DNA from: Lama glama
Lineage: Eukaryota
NCBI GenBank assembly: GCA_028534125.1
Contig: CM052828.1
Span: 5,208,001 to 5,272,000 of the forward strand
Direction of reading: 5' to 3'
DNA: 64,000 nucleotides
The translations under genes and the position numbers were made by a program. Shown here in pieces: positions 53,345-64,000 of this stretch (position 1 is the stretch's first letter; every line of letters starts with the position of its first letter). The notes below the pieces were generated by a model. That model had not been told where the DNA came from and did not search any database. It saw only the letters and a list, made by a program, of their open reading frames with translations.

Positions 53345-54454
53345 TCTTTGAAGAGCAGCCTCCAGTCCTGGCCTGGCCAGGTTAGGGGTTCCGTGGCCCC
53401 AGCAGGGTGCGCAGAGCCTGGGCGGCTGCCCACGGCGGTCCCTCCCCGGGCCAGCTCCTTCAAGGAGAAGGTCTGGTGCAGGAGAAGAAAAAACAAACAC
53501 ATGGAAAAATACTTGGGGCTTTTGATCATGACCTTCAGAGGCCCCTTTCCACATACGGCGTAGATTTCACAGCTCAGGGAAACTGAGGTACAAACGATGG
53601 GGTTCCATGGACAACGTAGTCACAAAACTGGTCCAGGAACCAGCCGCCCTCGGTGAAGACCCCATCCAGGCCAGGAGATAATGCAGCCCCTCAGATGCTG
53701 CTGGTGATGACAAGGGGGACGGTGGCTTTGAGAAGTGAAACTCATAAGCAAGGTCCACACGCTTCATGCCACAGGCTGAAACCTTCCCTTGGGAACTTGT
53801 GGGCAGCGCAGTCGCTAATAAGAAGCAAACTTCACAGCTTTGAATTCCTCCTCCTTTCCCCACTGGCCCACCCGTAGGGGCCCAGAGGTTCCACAGCCCG
53901 TGAAACAACCAGGAGCTGGTCTCCAAGGGGCCGGGGCCTTTCTCCCCATCAGGGCCCAGGCCCATCCCTACCCTCCACTTAGCCTAGGAAGCCAGGGGTA
54001 TATGTCAGACAAGAGAGAACCTGCAACACTTCTTTTCAAGTCCTGAACAAGTTCTGGGTGGATCTCCACCCTTCCCCACCCCGAGGGGTTAAGTTCGCCA
54101 GCTCAAGTGGGCAAGCGCCCAGGCGGTGGGCAGGGGCGGAAAGCCGTCCAGACAGGGCGCCCGCCTCTCCCGCCGCCCGGGGCCTCGCTGGAAGCTCCCG
54201 CCCTGCGGGCTCAGGGCGGGTCTGGGGGGCCCCGTCACCACCCCCTGCAGCCCTCCAAGCTGACGGGGGCCCCCCAGACCCGCCCTGAGGGGGCGCAGGA
54301 ATTACAGGTGGTATTTACTTCTTCCTTCTTTTCCTTTTCTGTACTTTCCAAATTTTTCACGATGCATATTCTAACTTTTAGGAACATTTTTTCTTAAAGA
54401 GGCTTCTGAGATAGAAAACTGGACCCCCCCCCAAAAAAATGCACATATAGGTAA

Positions 54455-54800
54455 AGGACATCATTTGGACAACTGTAAGTTGAATATGGACTGTGGACTG
54501 GAATACAATGTCGTATCAATGTTAAATTTCCTGATTTTGAGGTCATGCTGCAGTCACATAAGAGAATGTCCTTATTCTTTGGACACACACCGAAGCACGC
54601 GGGGCGTATCAAAGGGCTTCATGTCTTCCACTCACTCTCAAATGGCTGAGGAACAAAACGTGTGGATATATGTGTAGACAGATGAACTGACTGTCAGGAA
54701 AACAGAAAGAACCGAAGGAGCAGAATGTAAACAGCTGGTAAATTTGAAAAAATTGAGGAGCTCCTTGTAACTCCTGCAACTTTACTTTCCAAGGGAAGGA
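54455..54800 (+). mobile_element. Old L1 (L1MC/ME-like) 3' fragment
   Basis: tgaatatggactgt...tatcaatgttaaatttcctgatttt...agagaatgtcctt...ctctcaaatgg. Confidence 0.7.
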
Positions 54801-55696
54801 AGAAAGGAGGTGAAGATGAAAGAAGAAAGGCAGGAAGGGGGGTACACAGGTCAGTATCCACAGCCTCACTGAGAGGCCGAGGCCACGGCCGCAGGCGCCC
54901 TGCCTGCGCGCAGTCTCTCCTGGGGAGACGGCTCTCGCCGCTATGCGGGCTCAGACAGTGGCCTCCAAGGTTTCTGAGCGTGTCAAAGAAGCATCTTCCA
55001 AGGCAGGAGACCCCTCCCCACCTCCTCGCACTACAGACATCAGCAAAGCAAGATCAGGGGCAGGACCACTGCCTGTGGCCTTGAGGAGAAGGGGTACCAG
55101 GAAGGGAGCCGCTGATCCCCAGAGCCCAGTTCCCACAAGACCCCCTGCAAAGGCTCCTCCCCCCACCGGGGGTGGAGGTGGAGATGGAGGAGGTGGAGGA
55201 GGTGGAGCGCAGAGATGACAGACGCAGATAAATGAAACAGGGCTCCCCCGCGGCCCAGGCAGGAAGTTCCACGTCCAGCCGTCCAGCCGGCTCCGGTGAT
55301 GCGGATGCCAAACTACTGACCCAGAAAGAACGCAGCCCACGCTCGGTCACACACACCATTTCCCAGTTCAGGCCACCGGCCAGCACAGCTGTCCCAGGGA
55401 CACCAGAGCTCCAGTTGTGCCCAGAGCCCAGGGCTCTGCTGCCAGGGCCCAGAGAGAAAAAGATGTGCGTTCAAAAGAATCGGGGCAAAAGGAGAAAAAG
55501 AGCTGGGTGCTGTCCAGCGGTGGACGGCCGGCTCCCACACGTCTAGGGCTTGCTCAGAGCAAAGAGCGGTGAGGGGCCCCGCATCTTCAGGCCTGTGTGC
55601 CCGGCTCAGGGCCTGGCGCGCCCCGGGCACATGGAGCACGGCCCCAGTAGTGGCCAGAGCCCCGGGTGCAGTCCACAGCCCTAAACACCCCTGGTG

Positions 55697-55905
55697 CTGG
55701 GACTTGGGAGCCAGACCTCAGGGTGTAAATCCTCTTTCTGTCACTTACTCCTGACCCCTGCTCCCCACCCCCCAGCAACTTGTGTCACTCCTCAGCGCCT
55801 CCATCACCCCATCGGCCAAACAGCAGTACTAACCTGAACGGGCGGCCATGAGGGTGAAATGAAAACACAGACAGTGCCGAACACGTGGTGAGTACTACCA
55901 AGTGC
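55697..55905 (+). mobile_element. MIR SINE fragment
   Basis: ggagccagac...aatcct...tcacttact...tgagggtgaaatga...acagtgcc. Confidence 0.5.
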
Positions 55906-56829
55906 CTGTGAGTCTGGCCTTTACTCAGCCCCAGGGCCTCTCCCTTCCTTCCTACGTGGTGTAAGAGACTTTGGCTAATGGTAATCAGTAGGCCGATAAG
56001 AAGATACAGAGAAAGAGATCATTTCCAAGCCGATCTTAAAAGGTCATCCCGAGCATCCTCGTGGGAGGGAAGATAGCAGCGACAACAGTGATGAAACACC
56101 CCTCCCCGCTCACTGCTGCCCCCGCCCCCCCAAAAGGGGTCCGCAGGGCCCCTCAAGGAAGGGGTGGGAAAAGATGGCATACAGAGATGGCCCAAGTTTA
56201 AAAAACCCAAAGGCCTCAGGGTAATTTGGACAAAATGTTTGGGGTCAGGATTACTATGTAACCCGAGTGTCACAGAGACACACGCACACACTGTCATTCG
56301 CGTGCACACACACACATGCGCACAGACACAGGCAGGCAAGCGCCGAGGAGGGGGCCATGAGCTCTGCTTCCCGGAGGTGTGTGGATCTGAGACCTGAGGG
56401 ACCTGCCCCCACACCCGGGGGGCACTCAGTCCTCAGAGAGTGAAGGGCTTCAAGGTCCCCCGGCAGTCAGAACACAGCCCCAGACTGAGGTCCTTCCGCA
56501 AGGCCCCTTCCCATTGCAGCAAGAAGGCCACAGAACACCCTTCAGGACCCCAATGGTGAAAGGACAGTGGTGAAGAGAGCCCCCCGGGACTAAAAGAACA
56601 AGAGTCTCACCCAGAGAGACCCTGGACCCAGGTCCACATGTGCCTCAGAGGCTCCAGTACCGCCCCCTGACACCGCGGCACCACACCCACCCCCTGCAGC
56701 GCAGACACAACTCCAAGGAGAAGGGGCCACATTTTAACACCTTGGCAAAAACGGGAGAGCAAATTACAGCTGTCACAGATTTTATTTTTCTCCACATCTA
56801 AATCAAAGAACTGAGCTTCCGTTCCAACA

Positions 56830-57040
56830 TAATAGCTAACGTTTGTTAGGCGCTCAGGATGTGCCAGAAGCTGTTAAGCGTAGAACTTGGATTATTGCCT
56901 CATTTAAATCCTCTCGACCTATAAGGCAGGCACTCGGAGCCAATCACCATGCAGTCAATGTGGAAAAGAAGTGAAATGCGGCTCTGAGAAATAGCTTAGG
57001 AGAGGCGCTTATCCTAGCAAGTGGAGCCCGCTCTGGGGCC
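56830..57040 (-). mobile_element. MIR SINE fragment
   Basis: aatagctaacgttt...atgtgccag...ctcatttaaatcctc. Confidence 0.6.
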
Positions 57041-58759
57041 CGGCCCTTTCCGCAGGAGGGCCCATGGCGTGTCCCTCAACCCCGCGGTGCATGGCCCGTC
57101 GGAGTGCGGGTGGCCCCGGGGGCAGATCCTGCTCCCCGGGAGGCCCGAGTCAGCACGGCTACGACACAGAGCTCACTGCGCTCGGAGCGTGCGTGCTGAG
57201 CACAGGACCCTGTCCTACACAACTGGAAAAATACTCGGTTGTCCTCACATTCAAGAACCTTATCTACATGAATATTTGGAAGAAGGCACTGCGGCAGGAA
57301 CATAATGTTTAGGAATCAACTGCCCACGGCCTCCGTGCCTCCGGAGGGAAAAGGTGACTCAGGAAAAAGGGAGACGATGTGGAAATACACACTGTCCTAC
57401 TAAGCGAAGGACATTCTTCCTCCCACCTCCAGATGACCCACCTCTCCATAGCCTTTAAAGGCTTCCCTGAGCTTGGATTTCTGGTTGCCATTAGAGGAGT
57501 AGTAGGCTGGCAGCGGAAAGAACCTATTCCATGAAAGAATCTACATGTACTGGCTCCAGTACCTTTATTCTTTCACATTATTTGTTTCATCGTCACAAGG
57601 CTGAGGGAAGGCTTCCCCAGCCTATAGGCAGAGCAAGTCTCCAGGGTTCTGAAAGTTTAAGCGACTTTCTGGAGGCTGCACCCTCAGACGGCCGCAAAGC
57701 CCGCACTCCAGGAGCCCCTGGGAGGTGCTGTTCCCGGCACCGGGACCACCTGCCCTCCGCCTCTGGAAGCAGCATCCTTGTTTCAGGGCGATGATCTCAG
57801 GCTGCACTGAAGCTGTGAACCCTCTGCTCCACACAGCTCTACCTCCAGTTTGCACGGTTTGTTCACCACCCGGCAGTCCCCACTGCTAACGACAATAACC
57901 GGAGGAAAAGCCAAGTGAAAGACTGGAGTGCGGCAGGATGGGGGACTGTATGCCGGAATCTGTTCCAACGTGCAGAGCCTGTGTCCCCTGAGGAATGAAT
58001 CCTGACCAGTGGGTGAGGCAAACAGCTCCACCCGCTGCTCTGCAGATGTGGCAGATCTGAAGGAATGCCTTCGGAGGGAAACGAAAATGGTTAGCAGTCC
58101 ACCAGATCCTTTTACCAATTTGTTGCCCATCCCTCCAGCAGATTCACAGGTGGCAAATGCAGTAAACCCCCCCATGGTAAATTGTGATTGACTTTGAACA
58201 AGTGCAGGGGAAGTTATTTTCGAAGCTGCCTTGCAGTTGGGAGAGGGCGATAGGGATTAGGGAGAAAGAAAAGCCACCGACGTTTACCACAAGGCTGACC
58301 ATCTGCCATGAAACATGCTACCGCTCTATTCTTTGACTGGAAGAGACCTAAAACCTTGGCCTGGGATCCAATGCCTGGGGCCTCAGGCCCAAGAAACCCC
58401 TGGAATGCAGGAGCCTTGATGGCCAGGAATGAAAAAGCAGGCACACCCCTGGCTTTAAGTCCCCATTCCAGCCATGGGACAAACCCATGGCCAAGATGCC
58501 CACGGGAGGGCACAGGGGAGCAGAGGGAGGCTGCGGGTAGGAGGCCAGAGCTGCATGAAAGGGCCGTGAAAAGGGCAGAGGCCCCACCAGGAGCAGGAGG
58601 CTGCAAGAGGGGAGGGCTGGCTCGACCCTGTCCCTTGAGGATGGAAGCACCTAAAAAAAGTCAGTTACGACTTTTAAGATGTCCATCCCCACATGCTCTC
58701 TCCCCAGCCTCACTAACACTCTGCTCCACTTTGAGTCACATTCAGCTACCTTCAAACCT

Positions 58760-59060
58760 CACGTGGAATCCACCAGCCAACCCTGCTGACTCTACCTTTA
58801 AAATCTGCAGATAGAGCAAGTCCACAGCCTGCAGCGGGAGCACAACTCAACGGGCTGACGTGTCTGCCATTTCCACCCCAGTCCAAGCTGCCATCCTCTC
58901 TCACGGAAATGACATGCGGTCACTCTCTCGGGTGGAAATCAGTTGGGCTGGGGTTTTATTCCAGACTTTAGTTAGGACCAGTCTCTGAACTGGCCTCCCT
59001 GTTTCGACACCTGCCCCTCTCCCCCCCTCCTCCACAGGGCCTCTGAAGTTATCCCTAAAC
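58760..59060 (+). mobile_element. L2 LINE fragment
   Basis: aatccaccagc...ctctaccttta...gtccaagctgccatcctctctc...aactggcctccctg. Confidence 0.5.
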
Positions 59061-60879
59061 TCCCTGACAGCCTCCCATGACCCCTCGCCTCATGGCCCAC
59101 GGGACCCAACTGGAGCAGACAGTGGTGGGAGCCCCAGGCTGGAGGGGCCAAGCATACAGAAGAACATCAGGGCCCTGTCCGCAGGGCCTGCTTGGAGTGA
59201 GGACCAGGAGCCAGGTGGGAGGATGGACATCTCAGAAGACGCCTCTGGCCCAGAGGAAAATGTTTCTCTCTGTAACAAGGACACACTTATTCCTGTTTCA
59301 AATTCCGCTCTGGGGTTAATAAACCAATACCTCCAAATATATAGTTAATAATGAAAGGGATTAATTCAATTAGACATAATGCCAGGCCCTCCAACATAAT
59401 TACATATTTCTACTGGCCTTAGTAGAAAAGAAACTACACACTAGAACAGTCAGTAAACATGTGTTTAATTCCATCAAAGATTGGAAGATTATACCAAATA
59501 TAATTAACATGTGTCTTAAAATTCAAACTCCCCGAGATCAGCAATCTCATCCTTCAAGCCTTTTTTCCTCTGAAGCAAATAATTATATTCATAAGAGTAC
59601 TCATGTGGTTCAACTCAGATATAAACAACTTGAGTACATTTCTGATCTCTATTAAGTCTCATCCTGTTTTGTAAGTCAAAACTCCTTTGACACTTTAAAC
59701 TTCTCTGTAATAATTAAACATGATCTTAATATGATAAACTTTGAAAAACTATTTTAATCCATTGTTGACTTTGTCCTCTAAATTTCTAATCTGACTATAT
59801 GACTTAAGTAAGACCTTTTGTTTTAATGACAAAAGGGTGTGTTCATATAAAAATAATAATTTCCACTGAGACCAACTAAAAATATCAGGGGGATAAATGT
59901 ATCATGGTTTCCTATCGTCTAAGCCAAACACATGTGGCAAGAAATGTTAAGATAAATCCCAAAGAAATGATTATTAAAATTAAACACGATTAGGAAATTC
60001 AGCTAGAGGCCAACATACACAGTTCTATTGGGCAAACTTTGAAGAGCTCATTTTAGGAAAATTCCCAACCCTCTCCTCTGTTAACAAACCTGGAACAAAA
60101 CCCAAGTCCAGGTTACTTCTACACACGAGAGCCTGCCGGTGAGTCTGGGAACTGTAGTTTTCCTTCCAGAAGTCACATGTCTGGCTATCCTAATCACACA
60201 AGTCGAACGCAAGCCCTATCTAGTTCCCACAGCCACTGAAAAGGGGAAGGAGCTAAAGCAGCTCGCGGTGGTAGCACTACCAGAGCAAGTGCTGCTGTGT
60301 ACACACGGCTTTTAGAATGACTGCGTGACCTGCCTGGCCTGGGAACTTTCGTAGGAAAGAACACGCAGAGCACAGGCTGTCTTGGGGAAGTCGGAAGAAC
60401 TTCCTCCCACGACACACCATCTGGAAAGCTTGAAAGATCCCACCCTTTACGGGCCAAATCGGGTCACGAGGAAGCCCACCCAGGGGAAATTCCCATAAGT
60501 AACCCCAGCGACCCAGACTAGAGGTGTAGATGGGCCGGGGTGGGTCCGTAGGTCTAGGGAGCAAGAGAGGTGGGCGCCGCGGCCAGCGTGCGGGGTGCGC
60601 TGCGAGGTCCCCTGCCCGCCACCTGCCGCGGGACCACCCTGCCGCCACCGGGGGGGCTCCCGACACGCGGCGGATGACACATCGTGGACCTCGTGGCGGG
60701 GCGGGGTGCTCCGCTCCGCGCCATGTAAGGGAAGGTCTCCAGATGCCTGCCGGCCCGGCGCCCGCTCCCCGCCCCCTGCCCACCCCGACCACCCGTGTTT
60801 CCCGGCACCCGGGCTCCCCGCAGGGCGCGCGGGGCGGGCATCCCCGAGGCGCCAGGTCGCCCACGCTTACTCACTCGGT

Positions 60880-60888
60880 GTTGCATCA
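60880..60888 (-). promoter_or_regulatory. Intronic enhancer element (INE) TGATGCAAC
   Basis: Matches the described Cat-1 first-intron element (ATF4/Pur-alpha/CHOP), ~250 nt after the exon 1 donor. Confidence 0.75.
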
Positions 60889-61137
60889 TGCACCACGCCG
60901 CGCCTTCAGGAACCAAAATGGACTCCTTAGCGGAGAGTGCCGCATGGGCACCGGCCCGCGAACACCCCCGACCCACCCGGCCCGCAACCACCCCAGAGGA
61001 TGCCAGCGGCCCCTGCGCGGGCCCCGCGCCGCTCCCCGCGCCGCCCTCCACGACCCCACGCGGCTTCAGGGTCCCCCGCCCCAAGGTGACCCGAACCCGG
61101 GCAGCTGCCCCGGCGCCGGCGGAGGCTGGGCACTCAC

Positions 61138-61417
61138 CAGGCTGGCGGGCAGCGGGCGGTGGGCTGCAGGCAAGAACGAGGGTGGACGGACGCACGAGGT
61201 GCTGGACTGACGGACGCTCGGATGGAGACTTGGCCGGACTGACGGACGCCCGGGCGGAGGCGCGGCGCGCGGGGAGCAGGAGTGGGGACTCGGGTAACAG
61301 ATGCCGGGTGGCCGTGTGCCCCGCGCGGCAGCTGAGCGGCCGATCACACCTGCCCGCGCTGACTGAATGGAGTGTCTAGAGCGGGCGGGATCCGGCGCCA
61401 GGTTTCATCAGCCGCGC
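61138..61417 (-). other. SLC7A1: Non-coding exon 1 (5'UTR); 5' boundary approximate
   Basis: Begins gctgatgaaacctggcgccgga like the recalled human CAT-1 5' end; donor CTG|gtgagt at 61138/61137. Confidence 0.85.
61402..61410 (-). promoter_or_regulatory. Amino acid response element (AARE/CARE) TGATGAAAC in exon 1
   Basis: Matches the known ATF4-bound Cat-1 exon 1 AARE sequence and position. Confidence 0.85.
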
Positions 61418-63424
61418 CCCGCGCCCCGCGCCCGCCTCCCGCGCCCGCCGCCCAGGCCCGCTCGCGCGCGTCACCGCCCGGCACCAATGGCAGCGCCGCG
61501 CGGCCGCGGCTCTGAGCCCGGGAGGCGGCGGGGGCGGCGCGGGGGGCGGGGCGCCGCAGCTTCGCGCGCCCCGCTCCCCAACCTGGGATTCCCCCGCGGG
61601 TGGGCGGGGCCTGACGACGCGGGGATGGTCGCCCCGCCCCTCTGTTGCCATCCCTCCGCCAATCCGCGCTCGCGGCGCGACCGCAACCTCTGGTCCCCAG
61701 CGCGCGGACCCCGAGCTCGCGGTCAGCTTGCCTCCTCCAAAATTAAAAGATAGGGGATGCCCTTCAGGGTTTTTTGTTTTTTTTTTAACATTATTATAAA
61801 TATTCATGTCTTTGTCATTGGAATGTTTTATTGCTATTCCCTTCTTTTTAATAAACGACTTGTCCTTGCCCCTTGTCAGGAAGGGCCGGAAGCCTGAATG
61901 TGCCGGTGCCCCTGGCGGTGGGACCAGCACACCTGGCCGGCGTGCCTGTCTCAGCGGTGACTTCCGGGCTACTCTCCCGGAGAGGGCAGAACTCGCAGTA
62001 CCGAGTACCCGGGCGCTCAGCTCAAGTTCCCGCTTTGCCGTCTCTTTGCTCCAGAAAACCCAAGTAAGAACCACAGTTTTAGAGATCTGGTAACCTGTTA
62101 CATGAGAGAGGTAAGAAGGTCATAGATGAATCCTGTCAGCCCCCTCTGACTTTGTAGAACAGGGAAAATGATGGCTTAGTGTCCACAGCCTTGGAATCCT
62201 TTCCACACCCACTAGCAACCCCCACAAATGTCCTTGGTCAGTAATGGAGGTTCGTTGTCCACCGCTGAGTGCCACACTCTGTTGGAATTACTCTAGCAAT
62301 TTATAAAGCATGTAACTGCTGGATGCTAGCTTCAGAAAACGTTGTAATGAGAACACAGAAACAGGCTTGTATTTGTAAAGAACCCTGAACAGTGGTTGGC
62401 ACCATAGTTAAGCTGTTGTTTTAAAACAACAAATTCCAGTTTCAACTGAACGATGGTGAAGTGATGCTTTGAGGTTGCATTAAGGAGGTCTCCTGTGCGG
62501 GGGCTTTTCCTGAATCCCACACGGCCTCCTTAATCTGCTGAAACTGCCGTCAGAGGAGCTCCAGAAGGAAGTCTGTTGTGATTCAGGGACCACTGGCTTT
62601 GCCTTTGCACTTGATCTGGGTTTGAATCTGAATTCTGCCACTCCATTTCCGTGTGGTCTTCTGCAAGCTACTTCACCTTTATTTGGACCTTATATACCTT
62701 ATATTCTTACCAGGGTATCCTTTAATGCTTGAAATATGATTGTGGGATTTTCTGTTTAAAATTCTTGGCAGTAAATAGAATTTAGTAGATTGTAGAGGCG
62801 GTCTGCTTGGGCAACACAGAAAGGGAACATTGTAAGTTCTGAGAGCAAGTGTTCCAGGCCCTGATGGGGTATGGGAAGAACTTAACCGAGGGAATTTCCA
62901 GCCCTGTGCTCCATTTCACAGCCCCACCCATCCAACTTCATCTTCAGGGAGACTCTGGGAGACCTTCCATGACAAGGCCAGTAAGCAAGCAACATCCTGG
63001 CTCAGAAAGGATTCCATGTGAACCGGGGAAAAAATAATTCTGTGCAAGGTCTCAGCAAAAAGTTAGGGAAAAAGCTGAAAATAACTGGCTGAATGTTTCA
63101 AGTGAAACTAAAGTTCAGGCAGGTTAGGATTTACATTGCAGGTCCAGAGGGATCATGAGTGACAAGTGATTCCTTGATTAGAATCAAAGAGCAATCAAGC
63201 CGAGATTCCCAAGACCATTAAGGAAAGGAGTTGCTAGGATTTAGGCCCTAGGAGCACCACCTAAGGTGATGGCGGACAGACCAGGCCCCCGGCTAGTACC
63301 ATTAGGCAGCTTAGGCTACGGAAAGGGCAGAGGATCAGAGGCAGACGGACAGTGGTTTCGGACTCTACCTCCGCTTTCTGCTAGCTGCTGGCCTAGGGGA
63401 ACTGCGTTCGTCCTCTTTTAACAA

Positions 63425-63820
63425 CATACTGTATGAGGCCAACTTCTGGAAAGAGCAAACTTACGGAGACAGTAAGAAGATCAGTGGTTGCCAGGGGCTC
63501 ATGGGGGAAAGAGGCGGGAGAGATGAATAAGCAGAACCCAGGGGATTTTTAGGGCAGTGAAACTACGCTTCACAATACTGTCGGGGCTCACGTGTCATTA
63601 CACACTTGTCAAAACCCATAGAGGGCACAACACAAAAAGGAAACCTTAATATAAACTGTGCAATTTAGCTAATCACAATGTGTCAACATTGGCTCATCAA
63701 TTTTAGCAAATATACCACAATAACTCAAGGTGTTAATAATAGGGGAAACCGGAGTGGGGGAGGGGGTATATAGGAATCCTCTGTACTTCCCCCTTATTTT
63801 TTGGTAAATCTAAAACTGCA
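63425..63820 (+). mobile_element. L1MC/MD-like 3' fragment
   Basis: gatcagtggttgccagggg...ttttagggcagtgaaact...gtcaaaacccataga...taaatctaaaactg. Confidence 0.8.
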
Positions 63821-64000
63821 TGTTGAATATATAGTATTGATGTAGAAATGTATACATGTGTAAAGTGCCTGGTACAAATCTACATATAGAAAGTACCCAT
63901 TTAATAATAGTCATTGCTAGACAGATTAAGGAAACAGAGCCACTCCATTTTCTGAAGTGTTCCAAGGCAATATTGGATAGGTTAAGAGTGTGGGCTCTGG

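Larger units (their letters stand above)
60520..61735. promoter_or_regulatory. CpG island / TATA-less promoter with GC boxes and CCAAT motifs
   Basis: Very high GC and CpG density; GGGCGG boxes at ~61543, ~61602 and 61631; CCAAT at 61484 and 61659. Confidence 0.92.

Noticed and set aside
53145-53563. ORFs spanning the N run
   Set aside because: Artefacts of the assembly gap

Overview
Mammalian genomic DNA, not prokaryotic. The window holds nearly the whole SLC7A1 gene (CAT-1, cationic amino acid transporter 1) on the minus strand. A CpG-island promoter and non-coding exon 1 lie at ~61.1-61.7 kb, with a likely homologue of non-coding exon 2 at ~31.8 kb. Eleven GT-AG coding exons run from 17063 to 1213; their lengths (370,159,175,122,223,140,103,218,167,109,104) sum to 1890 nt = 629 aa + stop. 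The 3'UTR runs off the left edge. A Vic-1-like tRNA-derived SINE points to a camelid source. The introns hold ordinary eutherian repeats (L1, L2, MIR, MLT1, Charlie1, MER20, MER58, MADE2) and one 132-N gap. The other ORFs in the track look like chance frames in GC-rich DNA. I found no new multi-gene system. The best leads are regulatory: a perfect miR-122 8mer directly after a short uORF in exon 1, a cluster of ATF4/C-EBP (CARE) motifs in intron 1, an exon-2 homologue with no canonical splice donor, and an intronic ~90-nt hairpin. Exon numbering and comparisons with human or rodent sequence come from my recollection, not from an alignment.
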